DNA from: Saprolegnia diclina VS20
Lineage: Eukaryota
Length of the DNA stretch: 64,000 nucleotides
Assembly (NCBI RefSeq): GCF_000281045.1
Contig: NW_008246135.1
Span: forward strand, 38,676 to 102,675
Direction: 5' to 3'
In this document: positions 11,658 to 24,817 of the stretch, piece by piece
How the letters are laid out: each line of letters begins with the position of its first letter
Numbering within the stretch: the stretch's first letter is position 1
Translations under genes and position numbers: made by a program
Notes under the pieces: generated by a model
What the model saw: only the letters and a program-made list of their open reading frames with translations
What the model was told of the DNA's origin: nothing
The model's database searches: none

Positions 11658-12646
11658 TGGACAGTCTTGTACTCTTCTTCGTTGCTGTGTTTTGCGATGT
11701 ATCTTGGCAGCAAGGTTGGCCCAGCGTTGGGATGTCATGACGATCTTGGCTTGCCCACCGGCGCCAAGGGATTGGATTGGCTAAAAATTGGAAATATTGG
11801 GCAGCAAATCTTCCTTTTCGACCAATCCAGCACAAGCATATATGCGGCGCAGTGTGATTCCCGGCGCTTCCGATGCCAGAATCGCGCTGAAATTTTTTGT
11901 CGACAATACGTAGCGTATGGATAGAGGACACTTCGGGGAGCACGGAATGCAATGTCGCGTCGTCGTTCGAAGCCTATAGCGAGCGTCATGGGGTATTGAA
12001 GATTAATTAGTGGCATACGCCATATTTAGCCATATTTAAGGGCGATTGTCCAGCAGGAGGGCAGTACAGGCCCACCAAGACCTGGTATGGAGATACGAAA
12101 GACCAAAGACGTGTTAAGCTGCACACCTATGCTCTAGCACGGCAGAAGGCACGCAGGAACGTACTGTAGGAGGTACGGCGCCAGAATTTGTCGTTGCCGT
12201 CAAGTGCTTGGAGAAACTAGGACGCGCGATGGATAGCCTCTATACCTAGAAAAAGTGCACAAAAAAAATGCTGGGTACTTCACTGTTCCAACCCTTCTAG
12301 ATGGGTTGTCGCTAGATCGAGTATTGGTCGTGCAATTGTACTAGTAGCATTTTTGGCTCGACACCGCGACCATTCCACCGATGCTGGTCGTTGACAAGGG
12401 TTTTCCATGCGCCTCGAGGTGCGATAAACGCTAAAGCTAGTTTAAACACGTTTGCATAACGTTCTTGGAACGCTTGTGCCTTTGCTCTGCCCATCTTCGA
12501 CGTGCTTCGTTGACTTCGCGTGCACTCCACGCAAACACTGTTTCCTCCAAACAGAATGTCAAACGCTGGATCTGTGGCGTGCTGACGCAATACAACGCGT
12601 CAAATTATCCGGACGCGAACATCCTGGAAAACCAATCGCTCGCTCC

Positions 12647-15600
12647 ATGCTGCGCCAGGTTCGCCGCTTGAAGCTGCGCCCGCCGCCGCAATCGCGACCG
12701 ACTTCCGCGCTGGCGACCGACGACCGGAAATGGCAGCAGGCGCTCGAGACGTACTCGGAGCAGCAGTGGCGCAGCGTCTTGGCCGACGAGCACCTTGCGC
12801 CCGCGCTGCACAAGCCCGGCGTCACGAGCTACGTGCATCTCGCCAACAAGCACCCGGGCCTTCTCGAGCCGCTCCTGAGCGCCGTTGTCTCGGGCGTCCA
12901 TGCGCAGCATCCTCACAGCATGGCCGACCAAGAAGCTTACCTCGTCACGGTACGCCTCCTTCTCGGCGACATCCAGGTCGCTCACGCGCGCTGTAGGTGC
13001 TCCAAACGATGGCCTCGTACAGCGGCGAGCCAAAGTTGACGCGTGCGACCTCGTTCGTCATGGCTGCGCTCGCGCCCACCAAGCCGGCGCAGGCGACACT
13101 GCTCTTCCGCGCGTCCTACCGCGCCGCCACACACAAGTCGGGCCCCGCCGGCGCCTTTCATTACCTCTTGACGGCGCTCACCAAGCACCAGCACATGGAC
13201 GAAGCGTACCAGCTGCTAACGTTTGCATCGAATGAGCGCATCAAGCCGCGGGCGGACCACATTAGCGTCGTCTTGCACTGTCTCGGGCGCGCCGACGAGG
13301 CCAAAGGCGCCGCATTGGTCCCGTCGTTTCTCCGACTTACGCTCGAGCTCTTGAGTCGCCTCAAGCTCGAGACGAGCCCGCGCTTTTGGCTCCAGAGCAT
13401 CACGTCGGCGACGAGCACGGACAACACGTCGCTCGCTCTCCAAGGTATAGTTTTCTTTATATTTTTTGCATTTTCAAAGGTGTACTTTAGTCTACGACGC
13501 AATGCGGTCCAAGCGCATCAAGCCTCGACCCGACGCCGCGCACGTGCTCCTCGAGTACTTGCACCCGCGGAATGGCGCGGTTGATGCAGCAACGTCGTTT
13601 GTTCGCATTTACAAGGACGTGGTCGACGCGCGTGCCACGTCACCGGTGCGGCCTTTCTCATGTTCCAACGATTTCACATAATATGTGGTAGGCCATTTTT
13701 CTAGTGGCGCTGGACGCCGCGGCGACCATGCAGGACGCGGCGCTGGTCCGGACGATCTTAGCAGATGTGGACGCTGCAGAGATGCCAATGGGCCACGGGC
13801 TTCTCAACGCCGCGCTGCGCGCCCTCGCAATTACGACCGACGACGGCACCCGTGCGACGAGCCACAGTACATGGAGCACAACTCTTATGCACTGGAGTAG
13901 ATGCCGATGTGGCCACCGAGCTGGAAGGCCGCTTGATTGCAGCCGGCTTCAAACCGACGCATGCGACACTCTCTGCGATCGTCCGCCTCCATCGCCACTC
14001 GCTCAACGACCTGTATACGACGCTGACAGCGTTGGCGCCAGCCTTCTCTGTGCCGACGCACCAGAACGTGACCGACCCTGCGTCCCACGTTGCGTACCTC
14101 GGTCTTGTCCACTGGATTCGGTACGAGAACGGCGGTCGCGCCGCCTCGGACGCGCTTGAAACGTTGCTCAAGTCGCCCCACTGGCACTTTGATGCCTTCA
14201 TGGTGCCTCTCTTATCTCTCTACAACGTAATTGGCTCATCTATGGCATAGCGAGACCGGCTCGTTCACACCTTTGTCTTGGCCCATCAATTTGAACTCGC
14301 AGCGCATTACATGCTCGCGCACACGGACGCGCCGCTCCACCGTGACGTGTACGCGTCATGGTTTTCCACAGCCTTTGCTGCCAACGCGCCCCTGCATGCT
14401 GCTGTTGACGTGTTCAAAGCCTGGCAGGCGACGGGGTCGGTCACGCTCGAGGACTTTGGCGACGTCATCTACTACCTCTGCCAGCGCCAGGACCTCACCA
14501 GTGCCCTCGACGTCTTTGAGCTTCTTGTACAGAGATGGGTGTGGGGTTGATACTAAGTCTTGATACTGTTGCGTAGCACGAGCCACCGACCGAGAAGATT
14601 TGCGTGGCGCTCATGAAAGCACTGCATGCCGAGCAGTCGAGCGCGTGTATCGACAGCAGCTTCAAAGATTTCTTCCGTCTCGCAGTGGCCCGGGGCGATG
14701 CCAAAGCGCCAGCATTCCACTCGGCGCTCAACCTCGCCGTGACGTCGGCGGACGAAGCGTTTGTGCGCGAGATCCTCGAAACCACGGTGCTCTCGTACAC
14801 CGTCGACGACACGCCGACCTGGCGCTTGGATCAAGCAGCCTACAACAAGGCGCTGTACGCCTGCGCGGCGCACCCGAACCTCCACGCACTTGGTCTGCGC
14901 GTCTTTGACCACATGCACCAGTGCGTCTACGGATTCTAGACCAAAGGTCTATGACTTATGTATTGTGTGTAGGCACCGGGTCGACATCAACGAACTGACG
15001 ATGATGGCGTGCGCGAAAATGGCCAAGTCGTTCCCAGCGTCCTCGGCGACGTTGAAGCTCCTCGCCGATTTCAAAGAGTATGTGCTATATCGTCGTCTTG
15101 GTGGGATAAAGCGAGTGGGTAGGCTCAACCAATGGCCGACAATTGAGGTGTACACAGTGATCCTCGGTATTTTGGCCCAGCACCGTCAGTGGGTCGATTG
15201 TGACGTGCTCTTTTCGATGCTGCAAGAACAGGATGTGGCATTGGACCTCAAAGCGACCACGCTCTTTGGGTGCGTCCTCGCGCAGCAGTGCCGGACAGAC
15301 GAGCTCCTCACGCTCATTGCACAGATGGAGCAGCGCGGTATTGTAGCTCGACTTGTCGGATTTTTTGGGTTTTTACCGTCTTTTTCGTAGGAATCGAACC
15401 GGACGCGTTGTTTTTGCGCGAAATTCTCGCGCGGCTGTACAAGCACTACGACGTGGACAAGTGCCTTGATTTTTGCAAGCATGTTCTCTCGGTCGCGCGG
15501 TGCCAAGGTGCAATATTGTCTTCTTTTTATGCACTAACCAGTCGCTGACTAGTCTACTATCACTCGATGATCGAACTCGCGCTGCGTCACGGTACGCTAT

Positions 15601-15986
15601 GGAATTATAGAAATGGAGAATAATGTCTATCTGTCTAGGCCTCTTGGACCGAGCGCTCAACCTCGTCATCCAAATGGAGTGTGACGGGTTCACGATCCAC
15701 GCTCATGTGCTACTGGACATTATTCACCGCGTCACGACGATGCAAGAGCTGGAAAAGCTCATTTCGGTCTTTGCGCAGCTCAACGACGGCGGTAACCCTT
15801 ATTTTTCGACAATTTAGACGACAACTTGTCTCTTGGGATGTAGACGTGGACCGCGACGTGCCGTTCGAGGCGTCGGTGTTTGACGCGCTCCTCGAGAAAT
15901 GCGACGCCATGCAAATCAAGAGCAGCGTCGCGCTGCGGTTCATTGAGCGTCACGCGACCGCGCTGGGCTACACCGTCCGCGCATAA
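12647..15986 (+). CDS. Pentatricopeptide-repeat (PPR)-like protein, probably mitochondrial (multi-exon)
   Basis: Arg-rich N-terminus MLRQVRRLKLR; PPR-like units FHYLLTALTKHQHMDEAYQLLTFASNERIKP, PTIEVYTVILGILAQ and LLTLIAQMEQRGIEPD. Confidence 0.7.
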
Positions 15987-16175
15987 TGCATGGGTTAACA
16001 CTAGACAAGAATAGAGACTATAGCGTTGTATACAAGCTTGCCAACTTGCTGGCGCTTCAACTAGTAGCGCCATTTTTGCCAATCATGTACGCTCAAGCAA
16101 AATGCTGTGCTCGCATTGGCTCGAGGTAAATGCTTTTCCATTGGTCCATTCCACCAGATTGCCGCCAAGCGCCAA

Positions 16176-16642
16176 ATGCAAAGTCGGAAGAAGCATGTGC
16201 TGACGCCGGACGAGAAGATGCTGATCGTCCGCACGCACGAAGAAGTCCTGAGCGACGTCCGGCGCCGGCGCCCTGTGCGCGACCTCGTCCACGAGCGTGT
16301 TGGCTTTTCCAAATCGACGATCGCAAAGGTCGTTGCACAGTGGCGGCGGGACAAGGACCCAACCTTGCGCCAGCAGCGCCAAGTCACCGTGGCTGTCCTC
16401 CGCACTCACCAGCGCACGCGCTCGGCACTGAAATCCGCGCTCTCATCGCATCGCTGACGAACAAGGCCAAGCCCGTCACGGCGATCAGTCTCGCGGCCGA
16501 GTTAGCTGCGTACGATACCTGTCTTCATCTCCTCCTCCTACTTGTCTCTACTAGCCGACACAACGTTGCCGTCTCGATCCGCACCATGCGCCGTGTACTC
16601 CACCGCATAGGCTATGATTTCAAGAAAGTGTCAGCCGATTAA
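16176..16642 (+). pseudogene. IS630/Tc1-mariner-type transposase N-terminal HTH remnant; frameshifted, no DDE domain
   Basis: HTH VGFSKSTIAKVVAQW, then a frame change near 16365 into RGCPP..EIRALI..VSIRTMRRVLHRIGYDFKK followed by a stop; no terminal inverted repeats identified. Confidence 0.55.
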
Positions 16643-17761
16643 GTAGGGCGCGATACGTCAAGCCAGCAGTAAAACCTCTCATCCAACGCTACACCCGTCG
16701 TCCATGATCCCACTGCGTTCATCCAGTGATCCCCACTGCGTTATGACTGCTCTTGCACGACGGTGATCTACGCCATCTTGCGTAGCGCGTTGATCAAGGA
16801 AATAAGATCAAGGGAATACTTATTCCCTGGTGTCGGTCTACGATTTTCGCTCAGAACCTGTACCGCCAGCTTCACGGCGTATCCGACCGAAGGGCATAAA
16901 TGAATCAGGCACCGTCGATGGGATATACTTCCCCGGATCTCTCTGCGTGTGATGCACGCAGCGGCTGCAGTTGTCCTTCGCGGTGAACTCGCGCGTTGGC
17001 TTGTCCTTCACCCGAGCTGCGGCTTCGAGCCACTGGAGCTGCCGGTGCAAGCTTCGAAACCAGCTCAAAGGCGTCCAGGCAACATGCTAAACTTCATGCC
17101 GTGCGAAATACCGCCTCATCATTACTTGCTCGAGCGCAGTGGCCAACAAATCTGCGCTCCTAGTGCAAGAGTCTATAACAGGTCTTGAATTTAGGTGTTT
17201 CACCTGTACCTGAAAGCGCGTTTTTGTGTAAAATTGGAGCGTCAAAGCGAAAAAGCAGCACTTACCCTGTCAGCAAAGACCGGTAAAAGCATCGCACGAG
17301 CATAGCAAGCACTGAAAAGGGAGGCTATAGTGACTGAGAGATGTCTCGCACTTGACAAGACCTAGTCCAGCAACGTTCTTTGAAGCGTGTGCGATACTCG
17401 CGTGGTTGCTGCTCCGCCATTCCAGCGTCCGTGCTCCACCGCCCATTCTAGTTGTCCTTCCGAGCCGTGAATAGGGGACCGGCGCGCGACATATCCAACG
17501 GCCATCTACTTAATGGCTCGCAGCCTTTGCGCAATAATCTACAATATATTTCAATTGATTGTAACAATTCTCAAATATATTGAAGTGAATTAATCAATAC
17601 CCCAATCTATTTAAATGAAAATAGCGATACTCCTTCACAAGCAGAAACAATGTTCCTTGCTCGAGGCCAACGCAGTCTCTGAAATGCACTAAACGACGGG
17701 GGATCGAATAACATACATGTGGTTCCGACTTCAACCAACGATCGAACAAATGTACTAGCGT

Positions 17762-20700
17762 CTACTTGAAGTAGCTCGCGAGGTTCTCGAGAAGCGACGG
17801 CGCGAGCGCGCTCGTGACATCGGCGAGGAAGGACTGCAGCGCGGCCTCAAAGTTGGGGTTGAGAATCACGTCGCAGTACTGGCGCTGGAGCACGTCGACC
17901 TCGTCCGAGTTGTGCAGCCGATGGAAGCAGCTGCGCGTCTCGCTAAACGTCTTGTTCCAGTGGCGTTTGAACGCGGGCGAGAGGTCGTGGCACGTCGCGC
18001 TGTAGTCGCCGGCCGCCGACCGCCCGAGAAGGAGCTTGTTGACGTGCATGCACTCGCACGTGGCAGCGACGTCGACGATGTACATGTCGAGCGACGCCAA
18101 ATGCCCGAGAAAGCCTTGGGCAAACGGAAGGCTAAAGAGGTTGGACTGCTGCAGTGATGAGACAAATGAGCGGACTTTGTCGAGCAAGTTCTGGACCCAG
18201 TCGAGGTACTTGGTCGTATCGTCGTCGTTGTCGGACGACGTCGTATTAGCCGTCGCTTGCAGCGCGACAAAGTTGGGGTGGTGCGCGAGGAGCACGGCCG
18301 ACGGCTGCTTGGTCGAGCACCCGCTCGCTGCCCAGAGCTGCCCGTCGAACGCGTTCGAGCCGTACCGGTACGCGTACTCGCCCAGCGAGTTCGTGTCCAT
18401 CATGTCACCAGGTGTATGGAACCCTTGCGGCATCCACTCTGCAAAGTCGGTCGCGACGTCGGCAGCCACAATGTTGTACCGACCGCCGCCGACGTCGTCG
18501 TACACGAGAAAGCTCATTTCGTCGTTGATGCCGTCGCCGCTATTGCTCCCGACATAGCATGTGCCTTCGACCGTCCGCGTGGTCGGCGACGGGCTCGTGC
18601 ATCCGTGGCAGGCTTCCCAGAGCGCGTACACGCGGTCCACGTTGCCCTAACCTCACCATTCAGATCTTATAGCCATAAATCAATGAATATGTACATGGTG
18701 CAAGAGAAAGATCGGGTCTGCCGGACTGATAAATGTGGTCATGAACCCGCCATTGTTGTCGTGTGGCAAGACGTGGATGTCGCCGAGGGCGATCGGGATG
18801 AACGACCGGTACGCCGTAGCCCGCGCGAGGTTCGATGCGAGGCGCAGAAAGGACGTTGTCGCCATGGGCACCGAGTAGTACCCGCTCTGGTCGCTCTACA
18901 TACATCGTCGTTGAATACAGAGCAATACACCGGACAAAGCCGTACCGTGTCGCCCCAGCCGCGACGAAGCACGGGGCAGTTGGGGTCGTACGCGGTCGAG
19001 AAGCGGCCAAGCGTCATACCGGCGCGCCAGTTGCGCGTAATGTCGTTCAAGACGCAGTAGCCGGTCGCCCCGCCGGACGGCGATCCCGTCGCGGGGTCGC
19101 TGTACACTGGCACCGTCTTGTACGTGCCTCGCGTCGAGCCGCCGCCGCCCCACTCTTGCAAGACCGCTACGTATACCAAGATAAACATCTGGGGCTCGTA
19201 GAGTTGGCTGTGTACGGTTGCATTCGAGCTTGTTGCGGCAGCCATTCGGTACGGTTGCATTCGAGCTTGTTGCGGCAGCCATTCGACTGCATATTGGCGG
19301 CATCCCGCGTCCAGTCCCAGTACGGAAGATCAATGCAAGCGCAGACGCCGCCCGTGGAGCGCATGAGGTTCTGCACCATGAGCAGCCACTTGCGGTGCCA
19401 CTGCACAAAGCCGTTCGTGTGGTGCGCGTACTGGTCGTTGGGCGAGTAGACGTGGATGCCCGTGAGCTTTTGGTAGTACCCACTCTGGAAGATGCGGTCG
19501 ACGCACGTCATGAACGTCGCCTTGTCTTGAGCCGAGAGCGCGGCCCAGTCGCGCCGGACGTTGGGGCAGTTGCTCTTGGCGCATGTCGACGGCGCTGACC
19601 CCGTGCACGTATACAGCGCTTCGGTGCGGCAGCGGTAGCTGCACCCGTCGCCCGACTTGGTGTTGCCGTCGTCGCACTGCTCGCCAGGTGACACGATGCC
19701 GTCACCGCACGAAACGCCGCGGCTGCACACGGATGGACTACCAGAGCACTGGAAGCCCGGCACCAGTTGGCACTTGCTCGAGCACCCCGCTGTGCCCGCC
19801 GTGTTGCCCACGTCGCAGGCCTCGGAGCCAGCGACGATACCGTCACCGCAGGTCTATGCCAGTTTACAAGAACCATAGAGGATGATGCTGGAAGTTACCG
19901 CTGCGCACGCACTAGGCTTGGTACCGCTGCATCCAAAGCCGCGCTCGATCGTGCACGTAGCGCTACAGCCGTCGCCAGCCCTCGTGTTGCCGTCGTCGCA
20001 CGCTTCCGAGGCCACTTTGATCCTACTCGATGCGTTAGGGTATCCAAGGACGGGATACTGGATAATGGATAGTGCAAGGTTACCCGTCGCCGCAAACCGG
20101 CGTGCAGGTCGAGACGCCGTTCGCATTGGCTCGGCATTGGAAGCCAGCTTCGACAATGCACGTGCTGCTGCACCCGTCACCCGACACGGCGTTGGCGTCG
20201 TCGCACGTCTCGGGCGAGAGCACGCGGCCGTCGCCGCAGATAGGGCTACACGACGACTTGCCGGCGCTGTTGATCGTGCACTGGTAGCCTCTCTCGACCG
20301 CACACGTGCCCGAGCAGCCGTCCCCCGACTTGGTGTTGCCGTCGTCACAGCCTTCACTGGACGTCTTGATGCTGTTGCCGCAGACGCCGTAGCAGTTGGT
20401 GCCTTTGCACACGTAGCCCGGCTCGATCGTACACGTCGCGGTGCAGCCGTCGCCGGACTTGGCGTTGCCGTCGTCGCAGCGCTCGCCCGACTCGAGGATC
20501 GCGTTACCGCACCTGGGAGAGGATCCTTTAATGGTAGCGAGTACAAGGTCGTCATCGTACACGGACGGGCCGGGCGTCGTGAGCTTGCAGTTGAGACAGC
20601 CTTGCGCGGTACTGTCGCATTCTTCCCACCCAGTGACAATGTCATCGCCGCAAATCGGCTTGCACACCGAGTTAGGCGTGCCGACGTTCGAGCAGGCCCA

Positions 20701-22216
20701 GCCCGTCTCGATCGCACAGTTCGGGTCGCAGCCGTCGCCGCTGAGCGTGTTGCCGTCGTCGCACGCTTCGGTGCTCGCGAGCCGACTGTCGCCGCAGACC
20801 GCAGCGCACGTCGAAGGTGCGGTACCTGTGCACTTGAAGCCCTCTTCGGCAGCGCACGAATACGAACAGCCGTCGCCCGAAATGTGGTTGCCGTCGTCGC
20901 ACGTCTCGACGGGGAAGGCGACGACGCCGTCGCCGCAGGTGGCTGCGCACGTCGACGCGCCGGACGAGCCCGCAGAACAGGTGTAGCCTGCTTCCACTTG
21001 GCAGGCGTTACTGCAGCCGTCGAACGACGCCGTGTTGCCGTCGTCACAGCTCTCGATGGCCGGGAGCACGTAGCCGTCCCCGCACACCGGTGTACACTGC
21101 GACTTGCGCGCAGTAGTGGCTGCGCAGCTGTAGCCTTTTTCGACGACGCAGTTGGCACTGCACCCGTCGCCGGACGTCAGGTTGCCGTCGTCGCAGCCTT
21201 CGAGGCCGCTGGCGCGCACGCCGTCGCCGCAGACCGCCGTGCAACGCGACGGTGTCCCGGTGCATGACGCACCGACTTCAACCTGGCACGCCGACGAACA
21301 GCCGTCGCCGCTGTCATGGTTGCCATCGTCGCACGTCTCGGCGCCTTCGAGGACGCCGTCGCCGCACGATCCAAGGTGGCACGTGCTCGTCGTTGTTCCC
21401 GTGCACGCAAAGTTGGGCTCGATCTGGCAGTTGGCCGCGCACCCGTCGCCTGGCTCGGTGTTGCCGTCGTCGCATTGCTCGTCTGCCGTGAGGAAGCCGT
21501 CACCGCAGACGCGGTTGCACTGCTTGGCGCATGCGCTCGAGTAGCATCCGGCCGTGCACGCGGCGCTCCATGGACGTCCGTAGCTCGCCTAGTCGTCATC
21601 GTTAGTCGTTTCTGAGTGGCGCTGTATATGTCGTACCACAGAGGTGCTGCACGACGCCGACTGCTGCGAGACGCAAGCAGCGCAGACAGCGTCGGACGGG
21701 TGGCACTGGGGCCCAGCGCTGCACTCGGTGATGCAGCTCGGGCTCTGGCACGTCTCGTAGCAAGGGAGCGACCACGCGTTGCGGTCGCAGGTCGACGGCG
21801 CGTTCTTGGCGACACACGCCGTGCACTCGGGGCGCACCGAGTTGGCCGAGCATATCGGGTTGGGCAAGCACATTTGCGCGCAGGCTTCCGTGAGCCCGAG
21901 TGAGAGGCAGTGGCAGTCTTGCGCGATCGAGTACGCTGGGTCGTAGCCGGGCATGCCAATGACGTAGCACAAGGGTGCATACGTCTGCTGCGCCGCCACC
22001 TTGGCAATGCACGAGTGGCTACACAACACCTCAAGCCATGTGCCACGACTTGTCAATGTACCATGCTGCGGTGACACTCGCGTCATTCGAGAGGAGGAAG
22101 GGGCTCTGCAAGATGAGGTTGCCGGCCTGGTAGAAGATGTTGGGGCAGTAGGTCGGGTCGGGCGTCGCCGCCAAGGACGCGGCAGCCAGCGCTGCAAGCA
22201 CGGAGAGGCTCTTCAT
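17762..22216 (-). CDS. Secreted tyrosinase (type-3 copper protein) with 13 Myxococcus-type cysteine-rich repeats (DUF4215-like; multi-exon)
   Basis: Signal peptide MKSLSVLAALAAASLA; CGDG-x-ExCDDGNxxxGDGCSxxCxxE repeats; CuA GIH..AHH..FVQWHRKWL..LPYWDW; CuB DIHVLPH..SPADPIFLLHH..VDRVYALW. Confidence 0.9.
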
Positions 22217-22280
22217 GCGACGCTTGAAATCCGCAACTGACGTTGCGAGATCCGAGGCAAAGATATTTCGAAAAAAACAG

Positions 22281-22330
22281 CCAATCAACGGCGGGTTGCC
22301 CTTGCCTCGGCCAATCAAACGCGTCCAATC
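22281..22330. promoter_or_regulatory. Cluster of three CCAATC elements upstream of the tyrosinase gene
   Basis: ccaatc at 22281, 22311 and 22325. CCAAT/ATTGG also recurs shortly upstream of several other gene starts (e.g. about 6222, 34558, 50419, 56200, 57160, 59562). Confidence 0.4.
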
Positions 22331-22963
22331 GCGATCTTTGGTGGGGACACCCTTTCGCATACAATGCGGTGGATGGACACCGGGTTACGAGCGGATGAGT
22401 AGTCCATCGCATGATCCAGCTACTAGAATATATGGCTCTAGCTGCGACAGACCAAGGTGCCATCTACCTGGCAGTAGCCCTGCACTCGTAAATGCAGCAA
22501 CGTATGGGACTCCAGTCATGGGACTAACTCGCGAACCTCGGCAATGGGACAAGGATTATTGAGGCGACATTGCTACCCGGCATCGAGCGACTGAAATTGC
22601 AGAGCGATGAACAGAGAGCGAGGGGCAGAAGAAGAATTACCGTCCGGCGACTGGTACTCCAAGAATTTCGAGCTACTTTACTCCCTCGAGTACATTGAAT
22701 GTGTCGCCCCCAACACCCAAGTGAGCTAGCTGACGCCCATGCCTTGGCTCTGGATAAAAGAGAGTTGGCACGTGTAATGGCCAAAGGCACAGGAACGTCT
22801 CGCACTGGTGAAGCCCAGTCGCGAGCCCGACCGCACAAAACTGTGCGGCAACAAGATTGGCGGGACGCATCACAGGGTGCTGTAAAAGAACAGAGTCGCT
22901 CGGAGTACGTATATCGACAAGCAGAGATTCGAGGGTGCTACCTCCAATGCCCACAATTACATT

Positions 22964-23584
22964 TTAAGCGGTTGAAAAGTAGCTGCGCTTCCGGGACACG
23001 GTGACAAAGCGCGGTCGGGTGTCGCTGTCGGCGGCAACTTTGGGCAGCCGCTTGGCGCCCTTGGCTGGCACGACGCTGGCCAAGTGAACGACCTTGGACG
23101 CCGACTTGCCCCGCACCAGTTTCGCCGGTGCTTTTGTTCTAGCCAACGTCGTCGTCGTCATATTAAACTCCGTATCGACTTCGGGCGTCAATTCGGCTTC
23201 TTCTTTGTCCTTGACGTCCTCGCCGTCGATCTGGTTGTTGTTGTTGCCGTCGTCGATTTCGGCGAGCTCGCGCGGTGGTGCTGCGAGCCAGTTGATATAG
23301 CCGTCAATCATGTGCAACACGGCGTCGAGCGAGTCTGTCGTCGGCAATGGCGCGTCATCGGCTTGGTTGTCACTGCGGACCGCGTCCGAGGCTTGCAGAG
23401 GTATCGTCCGTGGCGCGTCAGCATGTGCCGTCGGTGCGTCACCAATTGCCGTTCCCTCAGCTTCGAGGTCTACAGCGCAGGCGTCATCGTGTTGGTCATC
23501 CAGCGACGTCCACGTCCGGGCCAAAAGCCAGTGGTACCATCCGAGAAGATGCGAGTACCACAGCAAGAGGAAGCTCACGAGCAT
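22964..23584 (-). CDS. Hypothetical protein (hydrophobic N-terminus, acidic middle, basic tail)
   Basis: Open ORF with coding-like composition from MLVSFLLLWY; no recognisable domain. Confidence 0.45.
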   Translation of the reverse strand: MLVSFLLLWYSHLLGWYHWLLARTWTSLDDQHDDACAVDLEAEGTAIGDAPTAHADAPRTIPLQASDAVRSDNQADDAPLPTTDSLDAVLHMIDGYINWLAAPPRELAEIDDGNNNNQIDGEDVKDKEEAELTPEVDTEFNMTTTTLARTKAPAKLVRGKSASKVVHLASVVPAKGAKRLPKVAADSDTRPRFVTVSRKRSYFSTA

Positions 23585-24409
23585 GTACGTTCTACCGTCG
23601 TGAGTCGTGCAATGTCGAGGCCGACCTTGGTGCTCACTGGCGCCTCCATCTTGGCTTGGCCAGAAATAGCCGCCGAGCCGACATGGCATGATTCGCCACA
23701 TTTACTGTTACCAGCGGCCGCCACGTCATGACCTTCCAGATGCGACGGGAATCTGCCGAGGGCGAATGTCGGTCGCAGAGAACATGCAAGTCGGATCAGT
23801 TGCTGCAGCTGCACAGGAGATGCAGGCGTTCATGCCCACTGCGCGACGATATGAATTCGGCGGCGAGCGATGGGTCGTCCGCGGTGTCGATCGCGGCCGT
23901 CGCAAGCACAAGCTCCGTCGAGGACGCAGGTGTCGACCCGACGACGAGCTTCTATCACCCACGCGTGGCAGGTGCGTATCGGCCGTGCAGACGCTTGCCG
24001 CCCAACTGACGACGCCAACTGACAGCGGCGAATCTGGTTCGTCGCCTTGCCGCCTGCCAATGGAGAAGCCGAACCAGCACCCACTTGGCGCTGCTTTTCA
24101 AAAAGACCGTATTTTCACGCTCATTGAACGCCAAAATGGGACCAAGGATCGTCGCAGCATCGTCTTTTATATAGCCCAATTGCGTTCGTAGCTCTTTTGT
24201 GCTATCAAGCAACGTCAGAGATGGCATGTGCGCGCGGTCGCAGCCCCGCGAGCAAGGTGGCAAAGAACGTATGACAGGGCAAAAGTACCGTACTTTTGGG
24301 TTCTTACAACTAAAAACACGCAACTTCAACAAGACCGCCACCCACAAAGTATCTTGGTCAAAGCCCCGACTCGGAGCCCCACAACTGCATTTGCCGACAA
24401 CAAACCAAG

Positions 24410-24817
24410 ATGGCCCTCTCTGTGAACGCGGTGCACCAGTTCCTCCTTGGCGTCTGCGGCGTCCTCTCGACGATCGCGGCGATTTACGCGCTCGCGGACG
24501 ACACGTACCTCTCGACGCCGGCGCGCTTGGACGTCGCCAACGTCTTTCTCCGGCTCTACCAGCTCTTCTTTGCGCTCGTGCTGCTCTCGACGGCCGCGCT
24601 CGGCTGGAAGCTGCCGCTCAAGTGGTTCAGCCTCCTCGAGAGCTTCATCGGGTCCGGTCTCTACGTCATCTTCCTCGGCTTCTACACGTACCGCATGCTC
24701 AACGACTATGGCATGTACACGGCCTGGTTCCACTTCATCATTGGCGCCGTCTTTATCGTCTACGGCCTCTTTGTCAAGAACGACCGCGCCGAGTACACGC
24801 CCATTTTGCCCCAGTAA
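24410..24817 (+). CDS. COPI-associated / TVP15-like Golgi membrane protein
   Basis: 135 aa with about 4 TM helices; FLRLYQLFFALVLL..KWFSLLESFIGSGLYVIFLG pattern. Confidence 0.7.
   Translation: MALSVNAVHQFLLGVCGVLSTIAAIYALADDTYLSTPARLDVANVFLRLYQLFFALVLLSTAALGWKLPLKWFSLLESFIGSGLYVIFLGFYTYRMLNDYGMYTAWFHFIIGAVFIVYGLFVKNDRAEYTPILPQ

Noticed and set aside
11700..12450. CCAAT-rich interval inspected for a ncRNA or tRNA
   Set aside because: No cloverleaf, snRNA or snoRNA signature recognised
16811..16828. agggaata-ct-tattccct inverted repeat, plus a short direct repeat at about 16705-16742
   Set aside because: Too short; no matching partner that would define transposon ends
19854..21267. 434-461 aa alternate-frame ORFs over the Cys-rich repeats
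   Set aside because: GC-rich codon shadows with no motifs
19560..21520. Regularly spaced gttgccgtcgtcgca repeats, superficially CRISPR-like
   Set aside because: They encode CDDGN of the protein repeat; spacing is about 140-150 nt, there are no cas genes, and the context is eukaryotic
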